Source: an uncultured bacterium
Lineage (GTDB): Bacteria; Zixibacteria; MSB-5A5; CAIYYT01
DNA: 64,000 bases
Direction: 5' to 3'
NCBI GenBank assembly: GCA_963726455.1
Contig: CAVSCK010000004.1
Location: forward strand, 1,056,001-1,120,000
Within the stretch, counting starts at the first letter, position 1, and the number at the start of each line of letters is the position of its first letter. The notes under the pieces are model-generated. The model was given only the letters and a program-made list of their open reading frames with translations, did not search any database and had not been told where the DNA came from. Below are positions 1 through 13,412 of the stretch, piece after piece. A program made the position numbers and the translations under genes.

Positions 1-235
1 GACAGTACCGGCAAATAATACTTCACGAACCCGATTTTGTCAAGCGCTAGCGGCAACTTGCGCGCACCGGAGGCTCCAGCAAACACGACAGTATTTGTCT
101 CCTAAGAGTTCCACGTTAGGACGAAAATTGCTACCTGTCGCTGCGACCAAGGGCTATATTGTTCGAAAGAACAAGTAACAATCTCAAGGTGGATCAGATA
201 TACCCGATTCCGCAAGATTGGGGCAGGAGGAAACA

Positions 236-1207
236 ATGAAAGCAAGAATTATGATTTGGTGCCTGGTTATGGCGACCGTGGCGATGGTATTCGGTTTGTT
301 GTCGTGCTCAAAGAAGGGTGGTAATGGAGGCGAGGACGACGGGAATACTCCGTACAACATCATTGATTTGCGGGTTGCCAAGGTCACCGACAGCTCCATC
401 ACCATAATCTGGACGGCGACCGGCGATGATGCTGATGTCGGCACGGCCACTTACTATGACGTTCGGCTTTGGGACGACTGGCTTACGATGGAGAGTTGGG
501 ACAGCGCCACACAGGTACAGGGTGAGCCGCACCCACGTCCTGCCGGACAGACTGACAGCATGGAAGTTCGCGGCTTGATGAAGGACTCGACTTACTACAT
601 CGGACTTCGGGCCGGCGACGAGGCAGGTAACTGGAATGCGCCCAGTTGCGTACGCGCCGTCTGTTTTGAGGACGTCATCGTAAACTTCCCCGACACCGCA
701 GTGGAGACCGCGGTGCGACTGAATATATCGAAACCGACGGGCGACATTCACCGGTCGGATGTTATGAACATGTGGTTTTTGGTCGCGAATTCGGCTAATG
801 TCACGAATCTAACCGGGCTGGAGTATTGCACGAGTTTGGCGGTGCTGTTTATGTCGAGCAATTCGATTACAAATCTGACTCCGCTGGCATCACTCAAAAA
901 GCTGAATGATCTGCAACTGGTGCAAAACGATATTTCTGACATTACGCCGCTTGCCAGTATAACGAATTTGCAGAATCTGTATCTGCGAGACAACCATCTC
1001 ACCGAAGTGCCGGCGGTATCCGGCTTGAATCGGCTCCACATTCTCGACATCGGCAACAACTATATCACCGACCTGGCGCCGCTGGTGGCTAATGCCGGTC
1101 TGGCGACTGCGGACACGGTGTACCTGACCAATCTCCAGCTTTCCCAGCAGGCGATTGATGTGCAGATTCCGGCGCTGCAGGCGCGGGGCGTGCAAATCAT
1201 CAGATAG
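236..1207 (+). CDS. Lipoprotein with FN3-like domain and internalin-like leucine-rich repeats
   Basis: SD AGGAGG before ATG 236; lipobox LLSC; FN3-like segment (WTATGDD...YYIGLRAGDEAGNW); LRR repeats (LTGLEYCTSLAVLFMSSNSITNLTPLASLKKLNDLQL). Confidence 0.8.
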   Translation: MKARIMIWCLVMATVAMVFGLLSCSKKGGNGGEDDGNTPYNIIDLRVAKVTDSSITIIWTATGDDADVGTATYYDVRLWDDWLTMESWDSATQVQGEPHPRPAGQTDSMEVRGLMKDSTYYIGLRAGDEAGNWNAPSCVRAVCFEDVIVNFPDTAVETAVRLNISKPTGDIHRSDVMNMWFLVANSANVTNLTGLEYCTSLAVLFMSSNSITNLTPLASLKKLNDLQLVQNDISDITPLASITNLQNLYLRDNHLTEVPAVSGLNRLHILDIGNNYITDLAPLVANAGLATADTVYLTNLQLSQQAIDVQIPALQARGVQIIR

Positions 1208-1233
1208 GCGGACGAGACAATTCCGATCACGAT

Positions 1234-1257
1234 GCGGCGCACGGAGACGTGCGCCGC
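1234..1257. repeat. GC-rich hairpin (REP-like or terminator)
   Basis: gcggcgcacg-gaga-cgtgcgccgc, perfect 10-bp stem between convergent genes. Confidence 0.5.
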
Positions 1258-1344
1258 GCACAATCCCCACACTCCTTCGCAAGAACTTAAAGTGGCATTA
1301 TCAGCGGCCAAGCTCGCAGAAATGAGAGTCTCCGCGAATGGCAA

Positions 1345-1377
1345 ATGAAAAGGCAGGTGTCACGTGACACCTGCCTT
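1345..1377 (-). terminator. Rho-independent terminator of PFOR
   Basis: Perfect 28-bp palindrome aaggcaggtgtcac/gtgacacctgcctt (1350-1377) followed by ttttcattt on the minus strand. Confidence 0.75.
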
Positions 1378-1418
1378 GAGGACAGCAAATCAAAGCTCAG
1401 GGACAGTGCCCTGACAAT

Positions 1419-5077
<3,659 letters not shown>

Positions 5078-5158
5078 AAGTATTACCTTGACCTTTCCTG
5101 GACCGTGGATGTCGCCGTGAGCACCCATCTATCAATGAATATGACTGATGATTCTAGT

Positions 5159-5721
5159 TCATGATTTGATTTTGGCATTGGTAATCTTACGCTGCGCCTG
5201 ATACTTCCCTTTCTTGTCGGCGTAGGAAACCCGGCAGACTTCATCGGCTTCAAGAAATATGATCTGAGCGATCCCTTCGTTGGCATATACTCGCACCGGC
5301 AATGGCGCGGTGTTGGAGATCGAGATCGTCGCGAATCCCTCCCATTCCGGTTCGAACGGCGTGACATTGACCACGAGACCGCAGCGAGCATAAGTCGACT
5401 TGCCGAAGCAGATGGTCAGAATTTCGCGCGGAATACGGAAATATTCCAGACTGCGACCGAGAATAAAAGAATTCGGCGGAATGAGCAGCGACTTGGCCTT
5501 GACGGAAACAAAGTTTGCCGACTGATGATTCTTGGGGTCGATTTCTTCGCCATTGACCGGCGTAAAGACCTGAAACTCGTCGGACAACCGCATGTCATAG
5601 CCATAGGCGGACAGTCCGTAGGAAATCACCTTACGTGATACCTGCTTATGCGCAAACGGAGAAATTATCTTTCTCTTTCTTGCCGCCATCGAGTAATCCA
5701 ACGATCAGACTTGATCGACAC
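5159..5721 (-). CDS. dcd: dCTP deaminase (one frameshift near N-terminus)
   Basis: GTG start gives MSIKSDRWI; [37 protein letters not shown] motifs. Confidence 0.9.
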
Positions 5722-5792
5722 ATCCAATCCTAATATCGAGTATACATCGGCAGCTCCCATATGCCGACCGTAATCATCTTGAATTAATTAAG

Positions 5793-6201
5793 CTAATCCT
5801 GCCATTCCGTCAAATCTTTTATCGTATGACTGGAGAAGACCTTAAGCAAACTTCCCTGCGCCCTCTCCAGCAGCTTGCGCAGACTGAGCATCGCCGGCGA
5901 CTGGCCGTCAATTGGTTCCGTCAGACACTTGGAAATGTAGTAAGGTCCCTGGATGGACTCCACAACCTCTTTGATCGTGATTTTGTCGGCGTGTCCTTCC
6001 CAGAGAGAATCCGCCCTTGACACCACGGTGGGAACGGACCAGTCCGGAGCGGCAAAGGGACTGGAAGATCTTTGCCAGGAATTTCTCGGGAACGTGCTGG
6101 TTTTCGGAAATCTCCGAAAGTGGAGTGATCTTGCCCTTGGTCTGCGTGGCAAGATACATGATACCAAAGATGCCGTATTCCTCGGCTTTTGTGAATTGCA
6201 T
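5793..6201 (-). CDS. Rrf2-family transcriptional regulator (one frameshift)
   Basis: MQFTKAEEYG...PEKFLAKIFQSL...SHRGVKGGFSL, joined to ITIKEVVESIQG in the next frame. Confidence 0.85.
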
Positions 6202-6264
6202 GAGGTTACCTCTTGTTATATATGGTCCCGATGATAGTCATAGCCACGACGCCGAGGGTGCGTA

Positions 6265-6282
6265 TTGTGAATGATTTCACAA
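6265..6282. promoter_or_regulatory. Rex-type operator (TTGTGAA-N4-TTCACAA)
   Basis: ttgtgaa-tgat-ttcacaa, perfect match, upstream of rrf2-dcd-PFOR; weaker copy tcgtgac-tttt-ttcacat at 6408-6425. Confidence 0.7.
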
Positions 6283-6370
6283 GACCTTGCGCCATAAAAA
6301 CCGTATGCTGCGTGCTTAATATCAATGTTTCCTCGGAGTCTAGTTTAACACCATGGTCATTCCAAAAGTG

Positions 6371-6399
6371 AACATAATTACTCATGTCTCTAAAGTCAA
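6371..6399 (-). promoter_or_regulatory. Sigma70-type promoter for rrf2
   Basis: TTGACT-N17-TATGTT on the minus strand in an AT-rich intergenic region. Confidence 0.55.
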
Positions 6400-6549
6400 C
6401 TACTATTTCGTGACTTTTTTCACATGATTGGATATATCTTTTTTTGTGTCCCCCTGCCCCCTCGACGGCTTTGGAAGACCGCATTTGACTTGGATTTGCG
6501 CCCCCTAAAGCGGTAAATTTACAGGTAGTTTCGACGCCGGGAGGGAGTT

Positions 6550-7099
6550 TTGGCGAAGCAAAACGAGGAAAAAGGTTTGACAATCGTTTATACCGGCGAC
6601 GGCAAAGGCAAGACCACTGCGGCCCTGGGAATGTGCATTCGTGCCGCCGGATACAAAAAGAAGATCAAAATTCTGCAGTTTGTGAAAGGGAGTTGGAAAT
6701 ACGGCGAGTTGGAAGGGATCAAACTGCTGAGTGATTTCGTCGAGATGGAACAAGTTGGTGAGGGCTTTGTTGGAATAGTTGATGACACCAAGGAATTTTC
6801 AGTTCATCAGGAAGCGGCCCGCCAGGGTTTGGAACACGCACGACAGGTGATGCATTCCGGGCAGAATATGATATCGTGATTCTGGATGAACTGAATATTG
6901 CGATTGATCTGGGGCTGGTGATCGCTTGATGAAGTGCTTGAGTTGGTTAAGAACAAGCCGGAAAAGCTGCATCTGGTGATAACGGGCAGAAATGCGCGCG
7001 CCGGAATTGATCGAAATTGCCGATCTGGTAACGGAGATGAAGGAGATCAAGCACCCCTATCAGAAAGGGATTCTGGCACAGCGGGCAGTTGATTGGTGA
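6550..7099 (+). CDS. cobO: Cob(I)alamin/cob(I)yrinate adenosyltransferase (frameshifted)
   Basis: [21 protein letters not shown]; continues in other frames as [38 protein letters not shown]. Confidence 0.9.
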
Positions 7100-7199
7100 G
7101 TGGCGCGCAGATCGCTCACGGCTGCCGCGGGCATTGTGTGACTTGAGTCGGAAAGTTGGAATTGGAATATAATCTGTAAGTATATATTTGCGGAGAATT

Positions 7200-8125
7200 A
7201 TGAAGACGGATTATGACATCATAATCGTGGGGGGCGGACCGGGTGGATCTCACGGCCGGAATGTACGGCTCACGCGCGAATCTGAAGACTGTTGCCATCG
7301 AGAAATATCTTCCCGGCGGCCAGATTGCGGCAACCGAGGAAGTCGAGGATTATCCCGGATTCGAGCACATATTGGGTTCGGAGCTCGCAGCCAAGTTCGA
7401 ATCGCATGCACGCAAATTCGGGCTGGAGATTTTATCCGATACGGTGGAAGAAATCTATCAGGAAGGGCGCGTCCATTTCGTCAAGACGTCGGAAGGGCTG
7501 TACACTTCCAAGACGGTGATCATCTCGACCGGCGGTTCGGCAAACAAGCTGAATGTGCCGGGCGAAATAGAATTTGCCGGCAAGGGCGTCTCCTACTGCG
7601 CGATTTGCGACGGCGCTTTCTTTAAGGATCAGGTGATCGTCGTGGTCGGAGGCGGTGACGCGGCCGTTGAGGAAGGGATGTTCCTGACGAAGTACGGTAC
7701 GAAGGTGATTCTGATACATCGTCGCGATAAACTTCGGGCGCAAAAGATTATTCAGGAACGCGCTTTCAAGAATCCGAAGATGGAATTTGTCTGGGAGAGC
7801 GTGGTCGACTCGATTGAAGGCGATAAGAAAGTGTCGCATATCAACGTGCGCAATGTCAAGACCGGCGTGGTGTCTCGCAGTAGATTGCGGCGCCGTGTTC
7901 GTGTTTGTCGGCTTTGTGCCGAATTCCAAACTAACGCGCACGCCGCTGGAACTTGATGCCAACGGTTACATCATGACCGATCAGAATATGGCGACATCGA
8001 TACCGGGCGTATTTGCGTGCGGTGATGTTCGTCATCAGTTGGTGCGGCAGGTGACTAATGCTGTTGGTGATGCCACCACGGCGGCGATGGCGGCGAGCAA
8101 GTATATTGAAGAGTTGGATGATTGA
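7200..8125 (+). CDS. trxB: Thioredoxin reductase (two frameshifts)
   Basis: YDIIIVGGGP, GVSYCAICDG redox motif, VGGGDAAVEE, GVFACGDV; TATAAT box and GGAG SD upstream. Confidence 0.92.
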
Positions 8126-8189
8126 ACGGAAATCACCTCGGCCAGATGAAATCCACGAATTTCAGATGATCCTGCACCTGTGGTAATGG

Positions 8190-8575
8190 TTACAGTTCGA
8201 CGGATGACTCGTCGATCAGAAACGTTTCCAGCTTCCGGCGCACCGCCTGAAGGAACGCTTCATCCTGGTGGACGTCGCCCGTCCGAACGGTACAGGCCGA
8301 CAAGAGGAATTCTGCTTCCGCTTCGCTGAAATTGCAGATTCCCTTTCCCCACTTGTATTCCAACTTGAACCCGCCCAGGAAGGGATCGTTGACTACCGGA
8401 AAATTAGCCTCCGAAATGGCTGTCAGATAGCGGTAGGCGGTCCACCGACTGACGCCACATTCTTGTTGAATCATTCGGATCGATACTGCCCGCCGGTGAT
8501 GCAGCAGGTTTAGTACTAATAGAATGTTGGTTAGAACCGCCAAGTAGGCGCTGCGCTTCCGTGTAGCCCCAGCAT
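8190..8575 (-). CDS. Small winged-HTH protein resembling the N-terminus of WYL/YafY regulators, no WYL domain
   Basis: LLVLNLLHHRRAVSIRMIQQECGVSRWTAYRYLTAISEANFPV; start uncertain (TTG 8543, or ATG 8575 with a homopolymer indel). Confidence 0.6.
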
Positions 8576-8600
8576 TGGTCCCAGTTAATTCAACCGCAAG

Positions 8601-10145
8601 CTACTGTCCTTGACACTTGCGTGGCAAAATGCCGTCCGAAAATATGTAACTGATCAATGCCACCACATCCGAAATATCCACCACGCCGTCACTGTTGTCG
8701 TCACCTAGGATGACATCCTTGGGCGCATACCCGCCCGAAAAGATATAGTCGATCAGGTAAACCGCATCCGAAATGTCAATACGCTTATCGTCATTGGCGT
8801 CACCGCAGGTGTAGCCAATGTCGGACACATCCATCGTCTGCATCAGCAGGTTCCACCCGGGCGCCAGCGAACCCCAGTCCCACCAAACTACGGCTACCAG
8901 CCCGTTGCGATTCATGTCCGCAGCATATATGTCTATGGCCGCTTCGTATGGTTTTCCCGGGACGTCGTTGATCCGATAATTGTCCCCAATTCGCTTACCG
9001 AGATAGTCAAATCGCTGGGCATAGTTGTCGAAATACGTGACGCCCCCTGCAACATTGACGTGAAAGACGCAAGTAAGGTTGCCAACTGAGTCTGACAACA
9101 TGAATGGATACCACGGAAACACGTAACAGTTGGATCGATCACTCACCAGAAAGTTAGGCCCCTTCGGCACCCCCTGCGCGGTAAATTGACGCGCGAAGTA
9201 ATGTTCTGTCCGGCAGTCCCAATCGTAATCCTTGCGATAGGCGACCGCAAAATCGCCATTGTCCTGAATGGAGGCACTGCACCAGTGTCCTGCCGCATTT
9301 CCCTGATAGAAGTATGTTGAATCGCCGCTGCAAGTTTCGGGGTAACCTTCACATGCAACAATGATCTCGTCAGTAACGGGATTACCGGCAACATCAAATA
9401 CTCTTGCCGTCGGCTGCGAAGGGTAGAACGGCCAGGAAATGACTTCTCGATCAGTGTCCCAGACGAGGACAAATCTACCCGATGGCGAAATCGCGATGGC
9501 CGGATAGGCGGCTTGATAATACTCGCCTGAGGAGTGGGAAGATGCCGAACGCGAATAGCCAATCCTCTGATTGTCCTTATCGTACATTGCATAATATAGC
9601 GAATCACCACTGGATATTTTGGAATTCTGCCACACGATGATAGTTTGACCCAGTTCATTGATAGCTATGTCGTTTCCCACTCCCGGCTCAGTCGGCTGCC
9701 GGTCAAGATCGTACTCTACTGGTGGTTGGAAGACTCCCGAGTTGTCCGACATCCACAAATAGGAACGGCGCCTCTTATCGCCATACATCATTGTTGATGA
9801 AACGGCAACCTTGCCCCAGGAATTTGCGGCAACAGACACACATCCCGTGGCGCTGGAGCCCGGTGACGTCAAGTCAACGACATCACACAATGGATTGCCT
9901 AATGTGTCATAGCATCGGTAGTACAGATGAAACCAATACGATGAGTCGATAGAACTCACCTGCCACGCCACATGAATCCGATTGAGGCCGTCGACCGCGA
10001 CTTCCAGGTTGTTTGGAACGACGCCGGAGCCGTCCCATGGGTCGATAATAAATGCTTTGTTTAGGGGAAACTTGGCCAGGGCGGGCGAGACAGTCAAACC
10101 CACGAACAAAACGACAACACCTAAGATGAGAATAGCGCTTCGCAT
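8601..10145 (-). CDS. Secreted beta-rich repeat protein with C-terminal dockerin-like domain
   Basis: Signal peptide MRSAILIL...ALA; repeats such as PAIAISPSGRFVLVW; C-terminal [23 protein letters not shown]...GDDNSDGVVDISDVVALISYIF. Confidence 0.75.
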   Translation of the reverse strand: MRSAILILGVVVLFVGLTVSPALAKFPLNKAFIIDPWDGSGVVPNNLEVAVDGLNRIHVAWQVSSIDSSYWFHLYYRCYDTLGNPLCDVVDLTSPGSSATGCVSVAANSWGKVAVSSTMMYGDKRRRSYLWMSDNSGVFQPPVEYDLDRQPTEPGVGNDIAINELGQTIIVWQNSKISSGDSLYYAMYDKDNQRIGYSRSASSHSSGEYYQAAYPAIAISPSGRFVLVWDTDREVISWPFYPSQPTARVFDVAGNPVTDEIIVACEGYPETCSGDSTYFYQGNAAGHWCSASIQDNGDFAVAYRKDYDWDCRTEHYFARQFTAQGVPKGPNFLVSDRSNCYVFPWYPFMLSDSVGNLTCVFHVNVAGGVTYFDNYAQRFDYLGKRIGDNYRINDVPGKPYEAAIDIYAADMNRNGLVAVVWWDWGSLAPGWNLLMQTMDVSDIGYTCGDANDDKRIDISDAVYLIDYIFSGGYAPKDVILGDDNSDGVVDISDVVALISYIFSDGILPRKCQGQ

Positions 10146-10537
10146 CAAGTGCACCCTCCCCAAAAAACAAGTCGACAGTAACGACACCAAGTTAGTCTAA
10201 ATTCCCCGATTGTCAAGTACAAAATCTGAAAAAATTCTGGGAAGGTGTGTCACGGATTGACACAGTCGCTAGTTAAAATAGGAAGCACTGGTTTATCAGT
10301 TCCGGCGCGCAAATCAGTCTCACTGACAGAAGCTGACAGTGAGGCGATCAGTCGTCCCATGTTGGAATGGTGAACGTATGTCGCCCGAATGCGAAAGGAG
10401 GTGGGAAATCACGGACCGATGGTGACGGCGAAGTGACCACTTCAGCATCTCACGAACTGTCACCTTTTCCACAATGTTGCGTGTCATCTAGCCATCAACA
10501 GATCAACCATCACAGCAATCTAGGGAGGAATTTGCTC

Positions 10538-13288
10538 ATGATCACTGGTACAAAGCGTTACAGCATACTCAGCGAATCCTTCGTCGCTCTATCAGTAGGT
10601 CTATTGCTGATAGCGGCGGGCCTTTTCGCGAGCGGCGGTGGACCCGGGCAAAAGGCCCTGAACGAAGTAGACTCGCAGGCAAAATTCTCGATTTCGGATG
10701 CGACCAACTTGCGGTTTGACGACCTTCATCAGGGCAAGCGGCTTGACGTATCTTTTGCTGATCCAGACACCAATCAAGTAGATGTCATCAGTGTCACTTT
10801 TTTGTATGATACTCTGTTCATAGCGATTGATTCCCTGGACGCTCACCAGGCCAACGGGTATCTCGATCCCACGGCAGGCACCGTTGACTCTATCAAGGTC
10901 AAAGAGGGGCCCGGCTGGTACGAGGTCGACTGCTTCGGAACCAAGTGCGCCCGCTTCGCCGATCGAGCGATTTTCGGTCTGTGGGTAAGCACGGACTGTA
11001 TGGAGCCGGAGGCATCTACGTCCATCATAATTGCCGATGGCCAGAATCCTCCGCCTTCTGCGGCATGCCAGTTTGAGGTATGTCCTTATGGTGACTTCTG
11101 GCCCGGAATCCGTGACACAAGTACCATTGCGCTCGCTGCCGATACAACATACATGTGGTTCCTTGGACAGGACTACGGTGACAGCACGTATGTTGGCGGT
11201 CAGGTCAAGATACCGGTCGAAATCTGGTCGACTTTTGCCCCAACTCATGGTTTCGGTGTAACAATAATCTACGATACCCTGCACCTGAGTTATGACGGCA
11301 TACAGAACGATGGGACTTGCTGGGCGACCTCAGGCGTAAGTGCAACGACCTCCTTAGACACGATCTTCATTATGTGTGGGGCAAACGGCTTCGCTCGCCC
11401 ACAATATACTTATAACGTCCTCACGTACGTCAAATGGAGTATTAGAGACAGTACATCCCTAAACAGTGAGCACGAAATCAATATCATCGCCGGGTATGCG
11501 TATGCCTGCGACGATTACGGCGGGCAGGCGAATGCCACCAGTAGCTCGCACGTCAAAGTGTGGCAATATAACGCCACATTCAAACTTGACCCCATATCTA
11601 TGCCTCGCAATTGTGACTACGCACACAGAAGAACCCAATCGGCGTCGCTAAAGAGCAACTTCCCTGTCGTGACGCGCTGGGGCTCGGGAAGCAGTCTTTC
11701 GGGCATGGCGTTTCATGTTCGAGATTCAAGCAGATTCACCACACTTACCAGCGATATCGACGGGGTCGCATATGGCCAAGACACCCTCATCTCCTGGGCG
11801 GTCTCGAACCATGGCAGCGGGGGAAAAGTATTCTCCACTGATTCGTGGTGTACCCCCTTCACAATTCCACCTTCCGAGTCGTACACGACCATCGGGTATC
11901 CGACATATACGTCTGGGAACTACTTAGGTACGGATACAACACGACTCCTAGCTGTTGATACTCTGGATTGTTTTCTCATGCCGGGTTACGGAGTTCCACT
12001 AATCAATGCTCATGACAATCCAGACAAGATACACTTCATGCACGGCACTGTGACAGTCCAAAATCCTCCGCCCGGTTGTCCTTACTTGTTTGCCTGGGAT
12101 GGCGCTCGCTTCGCTGAGGAAAACACGATCGTCGGAGATATCGCCAACGGAGCCCTGGCAAAACCTGCTCTTGACTTCTATAGGCTGCAGACCCGCATTG
12201 CTCCGGACAAAGGCCACTATCGTCTGCAAATCCGGGAGTTTGAACAGGAACGGTCAACCTTCGACAACTTCACCTTGGCCGCCATTGATCACCCCGAAGG
12301 GACGACGATCAATATCACGAGTGACGGTCGCATAACGGCTCACCGTGGTGAACTGCAACCGGTGTCCGCTGTGGACGATCGAGGGGTAGACTGCTTGGCC
12401 GAAATCAACAAAGAGGACGGCATCTTCTACTCGCGGGAAACGGAGGGCTCGCTGACATTGATCTACTCAATCGGTAAGGACTTTCTCCGTCAGTCGGTGG
12501 CGCTAGAGGACGAACCGCCACCACCTCCGGGACAGAAGAAGCTTGCTGCTGATTCCGGCAGCGCTTCAGGGCCGGGTGTCATGATTACGGAGGTTCAGAC
12601 AGCCGACGGCAATTGGGTGCGCGTGGATGCTCTCGCCGACCGCGCCAACGACGCCACCGAGAATGTCGCATTCAACCTTGCCGACTTCGTAGTGGACGGA
12701 CAGATCACGATAAGAAGAAGCTGGGAAACGCGAGCGTATGTCGACAAGATTTCACTCCTGTTGCCGAGCACAGTCGCTCCGCAAGCAAACCCGCTTCGAC
12801 TTACTTATGCCGCTCATTCCCTTCAAGGCGATGTGCTGGGTCTCTTGGCTGATGCTGACGATAACGTGACGACGCTTTCGCCGGGCGAGTCGATCGAACT
12901 CAGCTTCGAAGATTCCCAGCTGCAACCGGTGACTCCCGGATACGTGCGTGATTTCGTCTTTAGTGCGAAAGGATTCTACACTTCCTACAAGACGAATGCC
13001 ACGCTTCCCGAGACCTATCGTCTGTCACAAAACTACCCGAATCCGTTCAACCCGTCGACCTCCATCTATTACAATCTGGCCACCAACTCGCGAGTTGAAC
13101 TTTCCGTATACAATGCGCTCGGCCAGAAGGTCAGAACGTTGGTAGACGAGTCGCAGCAGGCCGGCAGCCACTCGGTATTGTGGGACGGAAAGGATGACGG
13201 AGGAAGTAACGTCGCCAGCGGCGTCTACCTCTACAAACTCACAGCCGGCGATTACACCGCCTCGCGTAAGATGATCCTGATGAAATAG
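10538..13288 (+). CDS. Large secreted protein with cohesin-like module and C-terminal FlgD/T9SS-like sorting domain
   Basis: SD GGAGG before ATG 10538; signal peptide; cohesin-like GGQVKIPVEI...GFGVTIIYD; GCPYLFAWDG module; LSQNYPNPFNPST...SGVYLYKL...KMILMK tail. Confidence 0.7.
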   Translation: MITGTKRYSILSESFVALSVGLLLIAAGLFASGGGPGQKALNEVDSQAKFSISDATNLRFDDLHQGKRLDVSFADPDTNQVDVISVTFLYDTLFIAIDSLDAHQANGYLDPTAGTVDSIKVKEGPGWYEVDCFGTKCARFADRAIFGLWVSTDCMEPEASTSIIIADGQNPPPSAACQFEVCPYGDFWPGIRDTSTIALAADTTYMWFLGQDYGDSTYVGGQVKIPVEIWSTFAPTHGFGVTIIYDTLHLSYDGIQNDGTCWATSGVSATTSLDTIFIMCGANGFARPQYTYNVLTYVKWSIRDSTSLNSEHEINIIAGYAYACDDYGGQANATSSSHVKVWQYNATFKLDPISMPRNCDYAHRRTQSASLKSNFPVVTRWGSGSSLSGMAFHVRDSSRFTTLTSDIDGVAYGQDTLISWAVSNHGSGGKVFSTDSWCTPFTIPPSESYTTIGYPTYTSGNYLGTDTTRLLAVDTLDCFLMPGYGVPLINAHDNPDKIHFMHGTVTVQNPPPGCPYLFAWDGARFAEENTIVGDIANGALAKPALDFYRLQTRIAPDKGHYRLQIREFEQERSTFDNFTLAAIDHPEGTTINITSDGRITAHRGELQPVSAVDDRGVDCLAEINKEDGIFYSRETEGSLTLIYSIGKDFLRQSVALEDEPPPPPGQKKLAADSGSASGPGVMITEVQTADGNWVRVDALADRANDATENVAFNLADFVVDGQITIRRSWETRAYVDKISLLLPSTVAPQANPLRLTYAAHSLQGDVLGLLADADDNVTTLSPGESIELSFEDSQLQPVTPGYVRDFVFSAKGFYTSYKTNATLPETYRLSQNYPNPFNPSTSIYYNLATNSRVELSVYNALGQKVRTLVDESQQAGSHSVLWDGKDDGGSNVASGVYLYKLTAGDYTASRKMILMK

Positions 13289-13326
13289 AGGCGAGCGGGA
13301 TATCAGTCGAACTTGCATCCAAACGA

Positions 13327-13354
13327 AACAGGGCGCCGAAGGCGACCTGTTTTC
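13327..13354. terminator. Probable bidirectional terminator
   Basis: aaacagg-gcgccgaaggcga-cctgtttt hairpin between convergent genes. Confidence 0.55.
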
Positions 13355-13412
13355 ACGAGTGAAGTTTGAAATAGCAGTAGTGCAACCGGATCACCGCCGG
13401 TTTGTAACGTAG

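Noticed and set aside
8544-8603. HTH ORF is in frame with the TAG stop of the upstream dockerin gene (possible amber readthrough)
   Set aside because: One-in-three chance; a secreted-protein/HTH fusion makes little sense; one missing G in a GGGG run after ATG 8575 explains the start; TAG ends many other genes normally and no pyl genes are present
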